Of a DNA stretch of 32,000 bases, positions 1-10,308 are shown piece by piece (position 1 is the stretch's first letter; the number at the start of each line of letters is the position of its first letter). The stretch is from Candidatus Saccharimonadota bacterium. Lineage in GTDB: Bacteria > Patescibacteriota > Gracilibacteria > BD1-5 > UBA2023. The position numbers were made by a program, and so were the translations under genes. The notes under the pieces are model-generated. The model did no database searches, was not told where the DNA came from, and was given only the letters and a program-made list of their open reading frames with translations. The DNA is taken from positions 390,001 to 422,000 of the forward strand of contig JAXLZO010000001.1 in assembly GCA_046350815.1 (NCBI GenBank). The letters are read 5' to 3'.

Positions 1-567
1 GTTTGTTATTATGATGGAGAGAGACGATACGTGCTTGCCCATAAAGACATGAAGGTAGGCGATGTGATTATCACTGCTGAAACGGCAAAGCCAGTTGCAG
101 GAAATCGTATGAAGATTGGTAATATTCCAGTTGGACTTGCGATCTATAATCTTGAACTTATTGTCGGGCAAGGAGCATCAAGTGTTCGATCTGCTGGATC
201 GAGTGCAATGGTGAGTTCACAAGAAGGTGAGTATACACAAGTAAAAATGCCCTCTGGTGAAATACGAAAAATTCACAAGAATTGTTACGCAACTATTGGT
301 GTTGTATCTAATACAGATCATAACCAAATTGTGATTGGTAAAGCAGGTCGTTCTCGATGGATGGGTATTCGTCCTACGGTACTCGGTTCATCTATGAATG
401 CTGTAGATCATCCACATGGTGGTGGTGAGTGACATCAATCTCTCGGTCAACGAAAAGGTCCAAAGACTCCTTGGGGAAAACTTGCTCGTGGTGTCAAAAC
501 TCGACGACGCAAAGATACCAATCGTTGGATTGTTCGTACACGAGCTGGTAAGCTTCTCAATCCTTAG
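1..567 (+). CDS. rplB: 50S ribosomal protein L2, C-terminal part (5' end outside the window)
   Basis: Frame 1 is open from base 1. The sequence reads ...MNAVDHPHGGGE-[TGA 430-432]-HQSLGQRKGPKTPWGKLARGVKTRR. The invariant L2 motif is HPHGGGEG, so the TGA sits on Gly. True stop is TAG 565-567. Confidence 0.95.
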
Positions 568-585
568 TCCCTTTCTCTTCATCTT

Positions 586-849
586 ATGTCACGAAGTCTT
601 AAAAAAGGACCATATATTGCGGAAAAACTTGTCAAAAAGATTCATACTTTGAATACTTCAGGCAAAAAGACCATCATTAAGACATGGTCACGAGATTGTA
701 CGATTACTCCTGAGTTTGTTGGACACACATTTGGTGTTCACAACGGCAAGGCTCATACTCCTGTATTTGTTACAGAAGATATGGTCGGGCACAAACTTGG
801 AGAATTCTCTTTCACCCGCAAGTTTACTGGTCACGCTGGTAATAGATAG
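586..849 (+). CDS. rpsS: 30S ribosomal protein S19
   Basis: 87-aa [14 protein letters not shown]...[10 protein letters not shown]...[11 protein letters not shown] with a typical S19 sequence and the canonical position after rplB. Stop is TAG. Confidence 0.95.
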   Translation: MSRSLKKGPYIAEKLVKKIHTLNTSGKKTIIKTWSRDCTITPEFVGHTFGVHNGKAHTPVFVTEDMVGHKLGEFSFTRKFTGHAGNR

Positions 850-863
850 TTTTTTTCAACGCT

Positions 864-1190
864 ATGAAATCATATATTCGAAACGCTCGAATCTCACCTC
901 GAAAAATGCAGGTGATTGCTGCTATTGTCCGTAACATGGATGTAAAGCAAGCGCTTGATACACTCCAATTTATGCCACAGAAATGAGCTCTTATCCTTTA
1001 TAAGGGTCTTCATTCTGCTACTGCAAATGCAGAGCATAATGATATGCAAGAACGAACAAACCTCGTTATTGAGAGTTTGGTTGTAAGTAAGGGAGTGGTA
1101 TACAAGCGATTCAATCCTGTTTCTCGTGGGCGAGCTCACCCAATCAAGAAACGAACTTCCAATGTTTCTATTTCTCTTTCCGTAAAATAA
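864..1190 (+). CDS. rplV: 50S ribosomal protein L22
   Basis: ATG at 864 and one in-frame TGA at 984-986. Contains ...SATANAEHN...RGRAHPIKKRTSNVSI, typical of L22. Stop is TAA at 1188-1190. The gene is absent from the standard-code track because of the TGA. Confidence 0.9.
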
Positions 1191-1194
1191 TCCT

Positions 1195-1827
1195 ATGGGA
1201 CACAAAGTTAGCCCTCTGGCATTCCGTATTGGATATATTAAAACATGGAAGACTTCTGGTTTTTTTGACAAGAAGGAGTATGGATCAAATGTTTCAACTG
1301 ATCTTAATATTCGATTTTTTGTACAATCATTCCTCAAAGGACTTCCTATTGCAAATATTTTTATCTCTCATACAAGCACTGGTATCTCTATTGTGATCTA
1401 TACGTCACGTACGGCACTTGTTCTCGGTGAGGGTGATGAAAATGCAACAAAACTTCAATTAGCTATCCAAAAGAAGTTTGGAAAAATCGCCACAATTGAG
1501 GCAAGGGAGGTAAAAAAACCTGAACTTTCTGCAGATTTAGTCGCTGATTCTATTGCTCGACAAATCGAAAAGAAAATGCCATATCGACGAGTTATTAAAA
1601 ACGCGATTGCTCGATCTCTTGAGAAAGGTGCACTTGGAATCAAAGTTATTCTTTCTGGTCGTATTAATGGTGCGGAAATCGCTCGTCGTGAAACCTACAA
1701 AGAAGGAAATATCCCAACACAAACTATCCGAGCTGATATTGACTACGCTACAGAGCGATCAGAAACAGTAGCTGGTACAATTGGCGTTAAGGTATGGGTG
1801 TACAAAGGGGAGGTCTTCAAAAAATAG
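1195..1827 (+). CDS. rpsC: 30S ribosomal protein S3
   Basis: 210-aa ORF MGHKVSPLAFRIG...GRINGAEIARRE...GTIGVKVWVYKGE with the canonical position. Confidence 0.95.
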   Translation: MGHKVSPLAFRIGYIKTWKTSGFFDKKEYGSNVSTDLNIRFFVQSFLKGLPIANIFISHTSTGISIVIYTSRTALVLGEGDENATKLQLAIQKKFGKIATIEAREVKKPELSADLVADSIARQIEKKMPYRRVIKNAIARSLEKGALGIKVILSGRINGAEIARRETYKEGNIPTQTIRADIDYATERSETVAGTIGVKVWVYKGEVFKK

Positions 1828-1867
1828 TTTTGACAATTTGCTTATTTCTCTATAATTAGGGTCGTTT

Positions 1868-2269
1868 ATGTTACAGCCATCACGGGTTAAATACCGCAAA
1901 CCTCAACGTGGGGTCATTCGTGGAATAGCTGTTCGTGGTTCTACAGTTGCTTTTGGTGCATTTGCATTGAAGACTGTTGAGCCAGGATATCTGAATTCCC
2001 GACAGATTGAATCTGCACGTCGAACCATGATTCGTTTACTCCGAAAGGGTGGTAAACTCTGGATTCGAATATTCCCTGACAAACCTTTCACAAAGAAACC
2101 TCTTGAGGTTCCGATGGGTGGAGGTAAGGGTTCTCTCGAAATGTTTCGAGCTCCTGTCAAACCTGGTCGCATACTCTTTGAAATATCAGGAGTTTCACCA
2201 GAAGTTGCTCGAGAAGCTTTTCGGCTTGCAAGTTATAAATTGCCAGTTAAGACGAAAGTCATTATCTAA
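1868..2269 (+). CDS. rplP: 50S ribosomal protein L16
   Basis: 133-aa [14 protein letters not shown]...PMGGGKGS... Confidence 0.95.
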   Translation: MLQPSRVKYRKPQRGVIRGIAVRGSTVAFGAFALKTVEPGYLNSRQIESARRTMIRLLRKGGKLWIRIFPDKPFTKKPLEVPMGGGKGSLEMFRAPVKPGRILFEISGVSPEVAREAFRLASYKLPVKTKVII

Positions 2270-2274
2270 CTACT

Positions 2275-2418
2275 ATGTCTGAGATTACTCAAATTCAACG
2301 TGAACTCTACATTCTCAAAATGCAAAATAGTTTGGGAGTGACAAAGCAGTCTCATCAAATCAAGCTCCTCAAGAAAAAACTTGCTCGAGCACAGTCTAGC
2401 CTTAATTCTCAAAACTAA
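2275..2418 (+). CDS. rpmC: 50S ribosomal protein L29 (short, 47 aa)
   Basis: Hand-translated [47 protein letters not shown]. It lies between rplP and rpsQ and is helical and basic like L29. It is below the 60-aa cutoff of the track. Confidence 0.75.
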   Translation: MSEITQIQRELYILKMQNSLGVTKQSHQIKLLKKKLARAQSSLNSQN

Positions 2419-2423
2419 ATCGT

Positions 2424-2651
2424 ATGAGAAAAATTACTGGTGTTGTTACGAGTACCAAGATGCAAAAAACAATTGTTGTGCGTGTTGATACACACATGAC
2501 ACATCCAAAGTACAAAAAACGCTACAAAGTTTCAAACAAATTTTATGCTCATGATGAGAGCGAAACAGCTCAAGAAGGTGATACGGTTACTATTCTTGAG
2601 TCACGTCCTCTCTCAAAGTTAAAACGCTGGACTCTTGTTCAATCTAATTAA
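2424..2651 (+). CDS. rpsQ: 30S ribosomal protein S17
   Basis: 75-aa ORF ...[18 protein letters not shown]...[13 protein letters not shown] with the canonical position. Confidence 0.93.
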   Translation: MRKITGVVTSTKMQKTIVVRVDTHMTHPKYKKRYKVSNKFYAHDESETAQEGDTVTILESRPLSKLKRWTLVQSN

Positions 2652-2657
2652 TATCTC

Positions 2658-3026
2658 ATGATACAAGCTGAAAGCCGACTTACCGTCGCAGATAATACTG
2701 GAGCTCTTGAAGTACTTGTTATCAAAGTACTTGGTGGTTCCAAGCGTCGCTATGCCTCTGTTGGTGACATCGTGGTCGTTGCTGTAAAACGCATCAACCC
2801 ACAAGGTAATATCAAGAAAAAAGCAGTCCTCAAAGCAGTCATTGTTCGAACAGCATTCTCTATTCGTAGAGATGATGGAACATATGTAAGCACAGATGAC
2901 AACGCTTGTGTTCTCATTGATGAAAAAGGAGAACCAAAAGGTTCTCGTGTGTTTGGTCCAGTCTTTCGTGAAGTACGTGCTGCTGGTTACCAAAAAATCG
3001 TCTCTCTTGCTCAAGAAGTAATCTAG
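2658..3026 (+). CDS. rplN: 50S ribosomal protein L14
   Basis: 122-aa [19 protein letters not shown]... Confidence 0.95.
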   Translation: MIQAESRLTVADNTGALEVLVIKVLGGSKRRYASVGDIVVVAVKRINPQGNIKKKAVLKAVIVRTAFSIRRDDGTYVSTDDNACVLIDEKGEPKGSRVFGPVFREVRAAGYQKIVSLAQEVI

Positions 3027-3034
3027 TTATACTT

Positions 3035-3244
3035 ATGAAGATCAAAAAAGGTCAAAGCGTTACCGTTATTGCTGGTGACGATAAAGGAAAAACTTGAAGC
3101 ATTCTTGCTCTCAAGAACGATCGCGTGACAGTCGAAGGGGTAAACATCGCTACTAAGCATGTAAAACCTCAAAACGGTCAAAGTGGTCAAATTGTTAAAG
3201 CTGAGCGACCTATTCACATTTCTAATGTTCGTATTGCTTTATAA
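3035..3244 (+). CDS. rplX: 50S ribosomal protein L24 (short, 69 aa)
   Basis: [20 protein letters not shown]-[TGA 3095-3097][24 protein letters not shown]... The KOW motif GxDKGKxG places the TGA on Gly. Stop is TAA at 3242-3244. Confidence 0.88.
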
Positions 3245-3246
3245 TT

Positions 3247-3792
3247 ATGCACTCATCTTCGTTTCGTTCTCACGTTCAAAGTGAGATTATGCCGAAGCTC
3301 ATAAAAGAGCTCGACATTAAAAATCCTATGCAAGCCCCTCGTCTTGAGAAAATCGTACTCAATATGGGTATTGGTTCTCTCACGACAGCAAAGCAGGATT
3401 ATAAAACTTTTGTCTCCGATCTTGGTCTTATTGCCGGTCAGGCACCAGTTATAGCCTACTCTCGTAAGAGTATCTCAAACTTCAAACTTCGAGAAGGAAT
3501 GCCAGTAGGTATTATGGTTACACTTCGTGGTGATGCTATGTATGCATTTCTTGAGAAGCTCATTGCTGTTGTTCTTCCTCGTGTTCGTGACTTTCGTGGA
3601 ATTTCCTCAAAATCATTTGATCAGAAAGGAAACTTCAACTTTGGTATCAAGGAACACACTATTTTCCCTGAGGTTCCTCAGCTCGATGTAGTAAAAACAC
3701 ATGGAATGCAAGTAACTTTTAAGTTTCAGTCACAAGGTGCTGATCACTCAAAAGCTTATCTCGATTCTCTCTGATTTCCTTTTTCTAAATAA
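3247..3792 (+). CDS. rplE: 50S ribosomal protein L5
   Basis: The ORF runs 3247-3774, then TGA at 3772-3774 is read through to ...AYLDSL-G-FPFSK-TAA. The terminal FPF(R/S)K is the conserved L5 C-terminus. Confidence 0.93.
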
Positions 3793-3793
3793 T

Positions 3794-4018
3794 ATGGCAA
3801 GAAAAGCTCTCGTCGTGAAATGCGAAAAGGCTCATGCTCGTGCTGAGCATCTCCTCTCTCTCGGAAAAAAGGTCGTATTCCCTACTCGTTTATACAATCG
3901 TTGCTCCGTGTGTGGTCGTGTTCATGGCTACATTGGCAAGTTTGATATGTGCCGCATCTGTATTCGTGAAGCTGCAAATAGCGGTGAACTTATGGGTGTT
4001 AGAAAGTCAAGTTGGTAA
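3794..4018 (+). CDS. rpsN: 30S ribosomal protein S14, zinc-binding (CxxC...CxxC) type
   Basis: [12 protein letters not shown]...[26 protein letters not shown]...VRKSSW. The start codon lies 1 nt after the rplE stop. Confidence 0.92.
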   Translation: MARKALVVKCEKAHARAEHLLSLGKKVVFPTRLYNRCSVCGRVHGYIGKFDMCRICIREAANSGELMGVRKSSW

Positions 4019-4037
4019 TTCTCGTTATTTCTCCATT

Positions 4038-4424
4038 ATGATCATCGATCCTATTGCAGATATGTTGACTCGTATCAGAAACTGATACCATGCGCGTCTT
4101 TTGACCGTTGAAGTCCCATATTCTACTCTTAAGACTGAGCTTCTGCGAATTCTTAAGAAAAATAAATACGTAGCTTCGTATGAGGTATCAGAAGATAAGC
4201 GTTCTATTACTGTTGGACTCAACAATGTTCGCGAAACTCTCTATATCCCTTCTTTCCGTCGTATTTCTCGTCCAAGCCAAAGAATCTATATCAAAACTGC
4301 TGATATTAAGAAATCTAGAAATGGCCACGGCATCTACATTCTTTCTACTCCAAAGGGGATTATCACTGGCTATGAAGCTCGTGCTCTCGGTGTAGGTGGA
4401 GAACTTCTTTGTGAAGCATTCTAA
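4038..4424 (+). CDS. rpsH: 30S ribosomal protein S8
   Basis: MIIDPIADMLTRIRN-[TGA 4083-4085]-YHARLLTVEVP... The conserved S8 N-terminus is DPIADMLTRIRNG, so the TGA sits on Gly. Confidence 0.93.
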
Positions 4425-4436
4425 AAATCTATATAT

Positions 4437-4988
4437 ATGTCTCGTATCTGAAAGTTACCTATCTCTCTTCCTTCAGGAACAACTTTCTCGCTCGATAATT
4501 CGATCGTGACTCTCAAAGGAAAAAAAGGTGAACTTAAATTCACCCTTCAACCTTGTGTATCAGTTACTCAAGAAGATAATACTCTTGTAGTTTCTGTGAA
4601 GAATCAAGATGTGAAAGAAGAGCGGGCTCTCTGGGGTCTCACTCGAGCATTAGTTGCCAATATGGTGACTGGTGTAACTGAAGGGTTTAAGAAATCACTT
4701 GAAATTCAAGGTGTTGGTTATAAATTTGAAGTGAATTCTCCTTCAAAAATCACCTTGGCTGTTGGTTTTTCTCATAAGATAGTACTTGACGCTCCAGTAG
4801 GTGTTAGTATCACCGCTGATGAGAAAGAGAAAAATATCATCCATATTTCTGGAATTGATAAACAACAAGTTGGTTATTTTGCTGCTCTTGTACGCAGCAT
4901 AAAAAAGCCTGAACCGTATAAGGGAAAGGGTATTCGCTATGTTGGTGAGTATGTTCGTCGTAAAGCTGGTAAAACTGCTGGTAAATAA
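4437..4988 (+). CDS. rplF: 50S ribosomal protein L6
   Basis: MSRI-[TGA 4449-4451]-KLPISLPSG...KGKKGEL...KPEPYKGKGIRY. L6 proteins start MSR(V/I)GK, so the TGA sits on Gly. Confidence 0.93.
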
Positions 4989-4994
4989 TCTTCT

Positions 4995-5333
4995 ATGCTT
5001 CAGAAACTTCAAAAGCGCCTGATGCGCAAAGCACGAGTTCGTGCTAAAATTCACGGAACTGCCACTCGTCCACGACTTGCGGTATTTCGTAGCAATGTGT
5101 CTATTTTTGCTCAGCTCATCAATGATGACCTCGGCGTAACTCTTGCAAGCGCAAGTTCTAAGTCAGAGACTGGTTCAAAGACGGAATGTGCACATGCTGT
5201 AGGTATTGCTCTTGGAAAAATAGCAACTGAAAAAGGTATCCGTGAATGTGTATTTGACCGAGCTGGATTTCAATATCATGGCCGTGTAAAAGCACTTGCA
5301 GATGCAGCTCGTTCTACTGGTCTCAATTTTTAA
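4995..5333 (+). CDS. rplR: 50S ribosomal protein L18
   Basis: 112-aa ORF ...[10 protein letters not shown]...[20 protein letters not shown]. Confidence 0.94.
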   Translation: MLQKLQKRLMRKARVRAKIHGTATRPRLAVFRSNVSIFAQLINDDLGVTLASASSKSETGSKTECAHAVGIALGKIATEKGIRECVFDRAGFQYHGRVKALADAARSTGLNF

Positions 5334-5345
5334 GTATTTCTCTGT

Positions 5346-5855
5346 ATGACACAGACACAACAACAAGATCGTCAAAGAAAGCCTCGTCGAGATAATCGTC
5401 GACAATTCGATGAAGTTCCGAAGGAATACCAAGAAGAGCTCCTTGAGGTTCGTCGTGTAACCCGTGTTACAGCGGGTGGACGCCAGCTTCGTTTTCGTGC
5501 TGCTGTTGTTATCGGCAACGGCAAAGGAAAAGTTGGTCTCGGTATTGGTAAATCTTCAGAAGTACAATCAGCGGTTGAAAAAGCAGTTCGTGATGCAAAA
5601 AAGAATCTTATTGAATTCCAGATAGTCAACGGTACTATCCCTCATGAAATTACTGCAAACTTTAAAGCAACGTCTATATTCCTTCATCCTGCGGTTGATG
5701 GTACTGGACTTATTGCCGGAGGTTCTATCCGTAAGATTCTTGCCGTTTCAGGGCTCAAAGATATCATTGCAAAACGTCATGGTGGTCGAAACCAACTTAC
5801 GAATGTAAATGCAACTCTTCGTGCACTGAAAGCCCTCAAAACTATCGTAGCTTAA
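5346..5855 (+). CDS. rpsE: 30S ribosomal protein S5
   Basis: 169-aa ORF ...RRVTRVTAGGRQLRFRAAVVIGNGKGKVGLGIGKS... Confidence 0.95.
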   Translation: MTQTQQQDRQRKPRRDNRRQFDEVPKEYQEELLEVRRVTRVTAGGRQLRFRAAVVIGNGKGKVGLGIGKSSEVQSAVEKAVRDAKKNLIEFQIVNGTIPHEITANFKATSIFLHPAVDGTGLIAGGSIRKILAVSGLKDIIAKRHGGRNQLTNVNATLRALKALKTIVA

Positions 5856-5863
5856 TTAGAAAT

Positions 5864-6316
5864 ATGAATCATAATATTCTCTCGAGTACTCCGGGTTCTC
5901 GCAAAGAACGCATGCGCGTAGGTCGCGGAAAAGGTTCTGGAAAAGGAACTTTCTCTGGACGTGGTTGTAAGGGGCAAGGTTCTCGTACTGGACGTGGAAA
6001 GTTCAATTCAGCATTTGAGGGTGGACAAACTCCTCTTGTTCGTCGCCTTCCAAAGGCACGAGGATTCACTGCGTACAATCCTACGGAATATGCAGTCATC
6101 AATCTTTCAACCCTCTCAGCACTTTTTGCAAAAGGAATGACAGATATCAATCTTGATTCTCTCAAGAATGCTGGAGTTGTTCGTTCAAACAGTGAGCGTG
6201 TGAAACTTCTTGGTGAAGGTGAGTTGACTGGTGCTGGTTCTGTATCAGTACAGGCAGCCTCTGTAAGTGCTCAAGCAGCTCTTGCATCAGCTGGTATTAC
6301 TCTTACTCTTGCATAA
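5864..6316 (+). CDS. rplO: 50S ribosomal protein L15
   Basis: 150-aa ORF ...GRGKGSGKGTFSGRGCKGQGSR...GGQTPLVRRLPK. It starts 8 nt after the rpsE stop, leaving no room for rpmD. Confidence 0.93.
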   Translation: MNHNILSSTPGSRKERMRVGRGKGSGKGTFSGRGCKGQGSRTGRGKFNSAFEGGQTPLVRRLPKARGFTAYNPTEYAVINLSTLSALFAKGMTDINLDSLKNAGVVRSNSERVKLLGEGELTGAGSVSVQAASVSAQAALASAGITLTLA

Positions 6317-6320
6317 AACC

Positions 6321-6342
6321 TCCTGAGTAATCAGGATTTTTT
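6321..6342 (+). terminator. Rho-independent terminator closing the ribosomal-protein operon
   Basis: Stem TCCTGA, loop gtaa, stem TCAGGA, followed by TTTTTT, located 5 nt after the rplO stop. Confidence 0.7.
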
Positions 6343-6468
6343 AATAGAAAATTCATAAAGCAACCAAAAGAAAATAACTCTCACATAATGAAGAACTCTT
6401 TCTAAAAAATGCTCTCCCTGATCACTGCTATACTAGAGATGGTTTTTAGGAGTGGTTAGATTTAACCA

Positions 6469-6498
6469 AAATGCACTTTACTATAGTAAAGTGCATTT
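6469..6498. terminator. Perfect 13-bp hairpin between convergent transcription units
   Basis: AAATGCACTTTAC, loop tata, GTAAAGTGCATTT. It lies 32 nt beyond the stop of the minus-strand ORF 6530-6760. Confidence 0.55.
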
Positions 6499-6529
6499 GA
6501 TTTGAAGAAAAGAAATCAAGCATTACGAA

Positions 6530-6760
6530 CTATTTCTTTAAGAACTTCTCATGCTGAGTTTCAGTGATGATTGTGGAATCACCATCAGAAACAATTTTTA
6601 ACCCATATCCTTCATAGGTACATTTTCCTGTGTGTATCACGGGTGGAACATGTTCCTTTTCTATCTTAAGCGTTCCGTTTTCTTTTGAAATACGGATATA
6701 GTCACCATAGAAGGATGAGAAAAAGTTACCAACATGGGTAGTTGTTGGGAAGTCGTTCAT
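6530..6760 (-). CDS. Hypothetical small protein (76 aa)
   Basis: Uninterrupted ORF preceded by caGGAGtatttatcATG (minus strand), one of the few clear Shine-Dalgarno sites in the window. I recognise no family. Confidence 0.45.
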   Translation of the reverse strand: MNDFPTTTHVGNFFSSFYGDYIRISKENGTLKIEKEHVPPVIHTGKCTYEGYGLKIVSDGDSTIITETQHEKFLKK

Positions 6761-7021
6761 GATAAATACTCCTGAAAAATCGTTTTCTCCACTATCGTTT
6801 GGGAGAAAACATCAAGTGATAATCGGAAAAACCCGACCGTTGAGTTTGCTCCTCGGAAAAGATAGCTAAATCACTTTAGCACAATATATTTTTTTTGTAA
6901 AGTTTCTTGACTCATTTTCTTAAAGAGGGATATATACTTGATAATCTTTCCAAAATTTCGATTCCCCCCTGCTATGTAAGCAGAACATTCTAGAAATATT
7001 TAGTTGTTAAAAAATTACTTC

Positions 7022-8194
7022 TTATCCTTGCTTTTGCTGGAAGATTATTCCATGCTCAGGTGTCTCGACTCTATCTAGATCAACAAAAAGATCGATATGG
7101 TACCTTTGGAGCATAGTTTTTGGGAGTTTCTTTCCATAGATACCGTGCTTCTTGCCAAGTGAGAGATGTATACCATGCTTACGCTCATGAAAATTCACGT
7201 CTGAGAGAGGGTGTTCTGTTGAGATAGCAGTGTTAAGACCGAAGCCAATTTCTCGTACCATCACCTCTCATTCGTGTTCGAGTACCATCTGATATATCTT
7301 CTGGAATCCTTCTGGAAATTCAGCATTAGCGAGAACCCTACCATTTTCTATATGTAATGGAAATGATTTGACTTGTTCAATGGAAAAATCAGTATTTGGG
7401 TAAGTATTAACCATAACAACACCATTCACGCTCTCTAGGTCCTTTGCTTCCGTAAAGACTTCACCAAGCGGAAAAGTCCCTCATTTATTGATGACTCATC
7501 GATAGTCACCAGTATTTCCTCGCATTGTCTCTGTTTCACCTACTTGCAATATCTCACCCGTACTACTGTAGATCCTCAATCATGAAGCAGATTGGGTAAT
7601 GTCAGATAATCGTTCGAATTCACTAATATAGTAGGGTGTTCTGTATTCATGTGATCGAATAAAGGTTTCAAATTGAGATTCTGGTATATAGGAGAGATGA
7701 TTGTGTTCGACGACATGCACTCCTCGATGAAAGAGTTCTAATCGTATTCGAAATGTGGAAAGGCGGAAGTTGGATGACTGTATCAGAACGACAATACTTC
7801 CTGCAGGGAGCGATAGAAGATCGTGCTTGATAGACTCTACTTCCTCAGAAATGAGCTCTTCCGTAACTGCTTTTTCTTCTTCCTGATGGTTGAGTCATCG
7901 TTCGAGATTCTCTCATTGATTGAATTCACTCATAATTCGTTTTTCTCATTCTTGATGAGGGTTTTTTGGATTAATAAGTCATCATCGGTAGAGAGGTGCA
8001 GGTGGGTCAATAAAACGTCTGAATATTATTCATTCGGTTGTTCAGAATGCACTCATGTATGCATCAGAAACAATGGTTGCAAGAGGGGAAAGTGTATCGT
8101 AGAGAATATAGACTGTTTCTGTTGTTCGTTCGAGATTTTTGATAAGAATGTTGTGGCAGGATTCTTCAAGTGATTTTATAAGATTGCTATTCAT
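7022..8194 (-). CDS. M29/AmpS-like aminopeptidase (390 aa)
   Basis: I hand-translated all 391 codons from ATG (top strand coordinate 8194). There are 11 in-frame TGA and no TAA or TAG. Motifs GGTFPLGEVFTEA and EIGFGLNTAI...HERKHGIHLSLG...YHIDLFV resemble the thermophilic-metalloprotease (M29) fold. The standard track shows only the last 80 aa. Confidence 0.5.
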
Positions 8195-8373
8195 AAGGAT
8201 ACTTATTTGCTATTAAAGATTTTCTTGATTGTAAGTGAAAATGGGTATCTGCAAAATTAAATCCTTAACAAGAACGAGATGGTTGATTATTACCTTAATC
8301 TTTGTAATATATACACAGTTATGTGAAAGGGATATTCTTGATAGATATAGGTTTACATTCTATATTCAAAGGT

Positions 8374-8919
8374 ATGTTAACAAATTCTCCAGAAGTTATT
8401 AGTGATGAGGTTTTGAAACATACAATTCGTGCACAAAACCCTACATTAACAGAAGAGGAAATTCAGCAGATGGTGGATGAGATTCGAGATCAAGAAAAGA
8501 ATGGTGAATCAAGAATTCTCTATGAATGTATCCGAGAGATAGAAATTAGTGTGGTTGATGTTTTGTGTCTCACAGATGACCTTCAAGTACTTGTATTGCG
8601 GGAAAATAAACAAGATATAAAAAATCGTCAACGCATACGCAATCATCCTCATTCGATCTCAGAAAAGGCTGTTTCAGGTGAACAGCCGCTTGAGACGGCA
8701 ATACGTGGTTTAAGAGAAGAGCTATCTATTGAGAATGCACTCATTATTCCATGTGAACAAAGAGCCAACCAAGTGAGAATTTCTGACAGTACTGGAATAA
8801 TAACCAGATATATAGTAAGTCGATTCCGTGCTCTTATCCCATTTAGTGATATGAAAACAGAATATACAGAAGAACGAGATGGAAGAATTACACATCTTTC
8901 TTGGAAAACAGTCTTTTAG
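8374..8919 (+). CDS. Hypothetical protein with a degenerate Nudix-box-like segment
   Basis: The ORF is open from GTG 8323 and I prefer ATG 8374. The segment GEQPLETAIRGLREELSI fits E-x7-R-x-U-x-E-E-x-x-U, but the leading G-x5-E spacing is not met. Confidence 0.35.
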   Translation: MLTNSPEVISDEVLKHTIRAQNPTLTEEEIQQMVDEIRDQEKNGESRILYECIREIEISVVDVLCLTDDLQVLVLRENKQDIKNRQRIRNHPHSISEKAVSGEQPLETAIRGLREELSIENALIIPCEQRANQVRISDSTGIITRYIVSRFRALIPFSDMKTEYTEERDGRITHLSWKTVF

Positions 8920-8988
8920 ATTGTTTGGATTCCTGATAGAAAAATTTCATACTTTCGATATACTCAGTTCAATTTATTTTCATTTTAT

Positions 8989-10308
8989 ATGCCTCGAATA
9001 TATAATCTTGTTCTCATTTTCTTAGTTTTTTTACTCCCAAATACGAGCTTCGCAGAAGTACAAACAGCGAATGATATTGATATATCTGTATCTCCATTTC
9101 GATTTGAGCTTTCGGGTGACTCGGGAGATGTTATTGATCGAGAAATCACGCTCTTTAATAATACGGATCAGACTCGTGTAATTCTTCTTTCAAGAGAAGA
9201 TTTTCTCTCAAATAATACTACAGGAGTTCCACAATTCTATGCTCAAGGACAGGGGTGATTTAATGGGTATAAACTTTCTGACTGGATAACACTTATGCAG
9301 TCCAGTCTTACGGTTGCACCACATTCAACACAAAAAATGCAGTTTAGAGTTACCATACCAAATTCTGCCACCCCAGGTTGACATTATGGAGCTGTAATGT
9401 TCAAAAATCAAGATTCAGCAACCTGAAGCCAGATACAATTTGAAAAGAAGATAGCCTCCATTATTCTCCTTACAGTGAGTGGGGCAATTAGTGAGAATCT
9501 TGCTCTTAATTCAAGTGGGATTACGATCCAGCAAGTATCATCAAATGCATGAGGTGGAACATCGTTCAATCCAAACGCCACCATTGATACAGTACCTTGG
9601 TATCAATCTGTATTTGATGCTATCACAAATGGTGGTAGTAAGGAGGATGACACACTTCTCAATGATTTTTCGGTAGATTTCAATATTCCTATTAAGAATA
9701 CAGGAAATGTACATATCCGCCCAAAAGGGAAAATTACACTTCTTGATGAGTCCGGTGTACCCTTAAAATCCATCGGACGAGAATCAATAGTAGATGAGAA
9801 TGGGGTTGTTATCAGTGAATCAACCGTTGATTATATTCCTCTCAATAATCAACAAAGTGCTATTCTTCCGAACTCTGATCGTATATTTGAAAATACCTGG
9901 CAAGGATTTGTCGAAGAATACACTGATCGCTATGGCAAAAAACAATATCGATATCTCACTCCCTCAGAAAAATCAGCCGGTCGATCACTCAATGAGCGAC
10001 TCTTTCCTTGGGAAAAGCTTGAAACAAAAAAAGTACAGAAACAACTCACAGCGCAAATCGATGTAGAATACGATAAACAGGATGGAACAAAACAAGAATT
10101 TCATGCAGCACCAAAATTTCTCGTGGTCTACGATGAGGCAAAGGTAGTTATCAATTACTGGTCTCTTGCACTGATTTTTATACCAATTGTTGTACTTTTG
10201 TGAATTATCTTCTATCTCATTGCATGATTACGTCGTCGTCGATCTACTCTTCGCAAGGAAATTCGCAAAGAACTTCTCAAAGAAATGCAGGAAAAAAACA
10301 ATGAATAA
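8989..10308 (+). CDS. Secreted surface protein with a C-terminal TM anchor (439 aa), DUF916/DUF3324-like architecture
   Basis: Signal peptide MPRIYNLVLIFLVFLLPNTSFA. The gene has 6 in-frame TGA, a PG-[TGA]-HYGAVMF motif, a NTGNVHIRPKGKITLLDESG motif, a C-terminal helix WSLALIFIPIVVLLGIIFYLIAG and an RRRR tail. Length is 1320 nt, in frame, ending at TAA 10306-10308. Confidence 0.6.

Noticed and set aside
430-432. UGA as selenocysteine
   Set aside because: There are roughly 120 occurrences, including tandem pairs, in proteins that are never selenoproteins. They fall at Gly rather than Cys positions. I noticed no consistent downstream stem-loop, although I did not search systematically.
894-1337. 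147-aa minus-strand ORF, and similar antisense ORFs at 388-582, 1455-1643, 1903-2172, 2619-3014, 4743-5054, 5372-5629 and 5869-6165
   Set aside because: These are shadow ORFs antisense to well-supported ribosomal-protein genes. Their composition is odd and they have no independent start context.
7823-8173. 116-aa plus-strand ORF
   Set aside because: It is antisense to the aminopeptidase gene, which is fully open over 391 codons under UGA=Gly. It is Cys/Phe-rich and looks non-protein-like.
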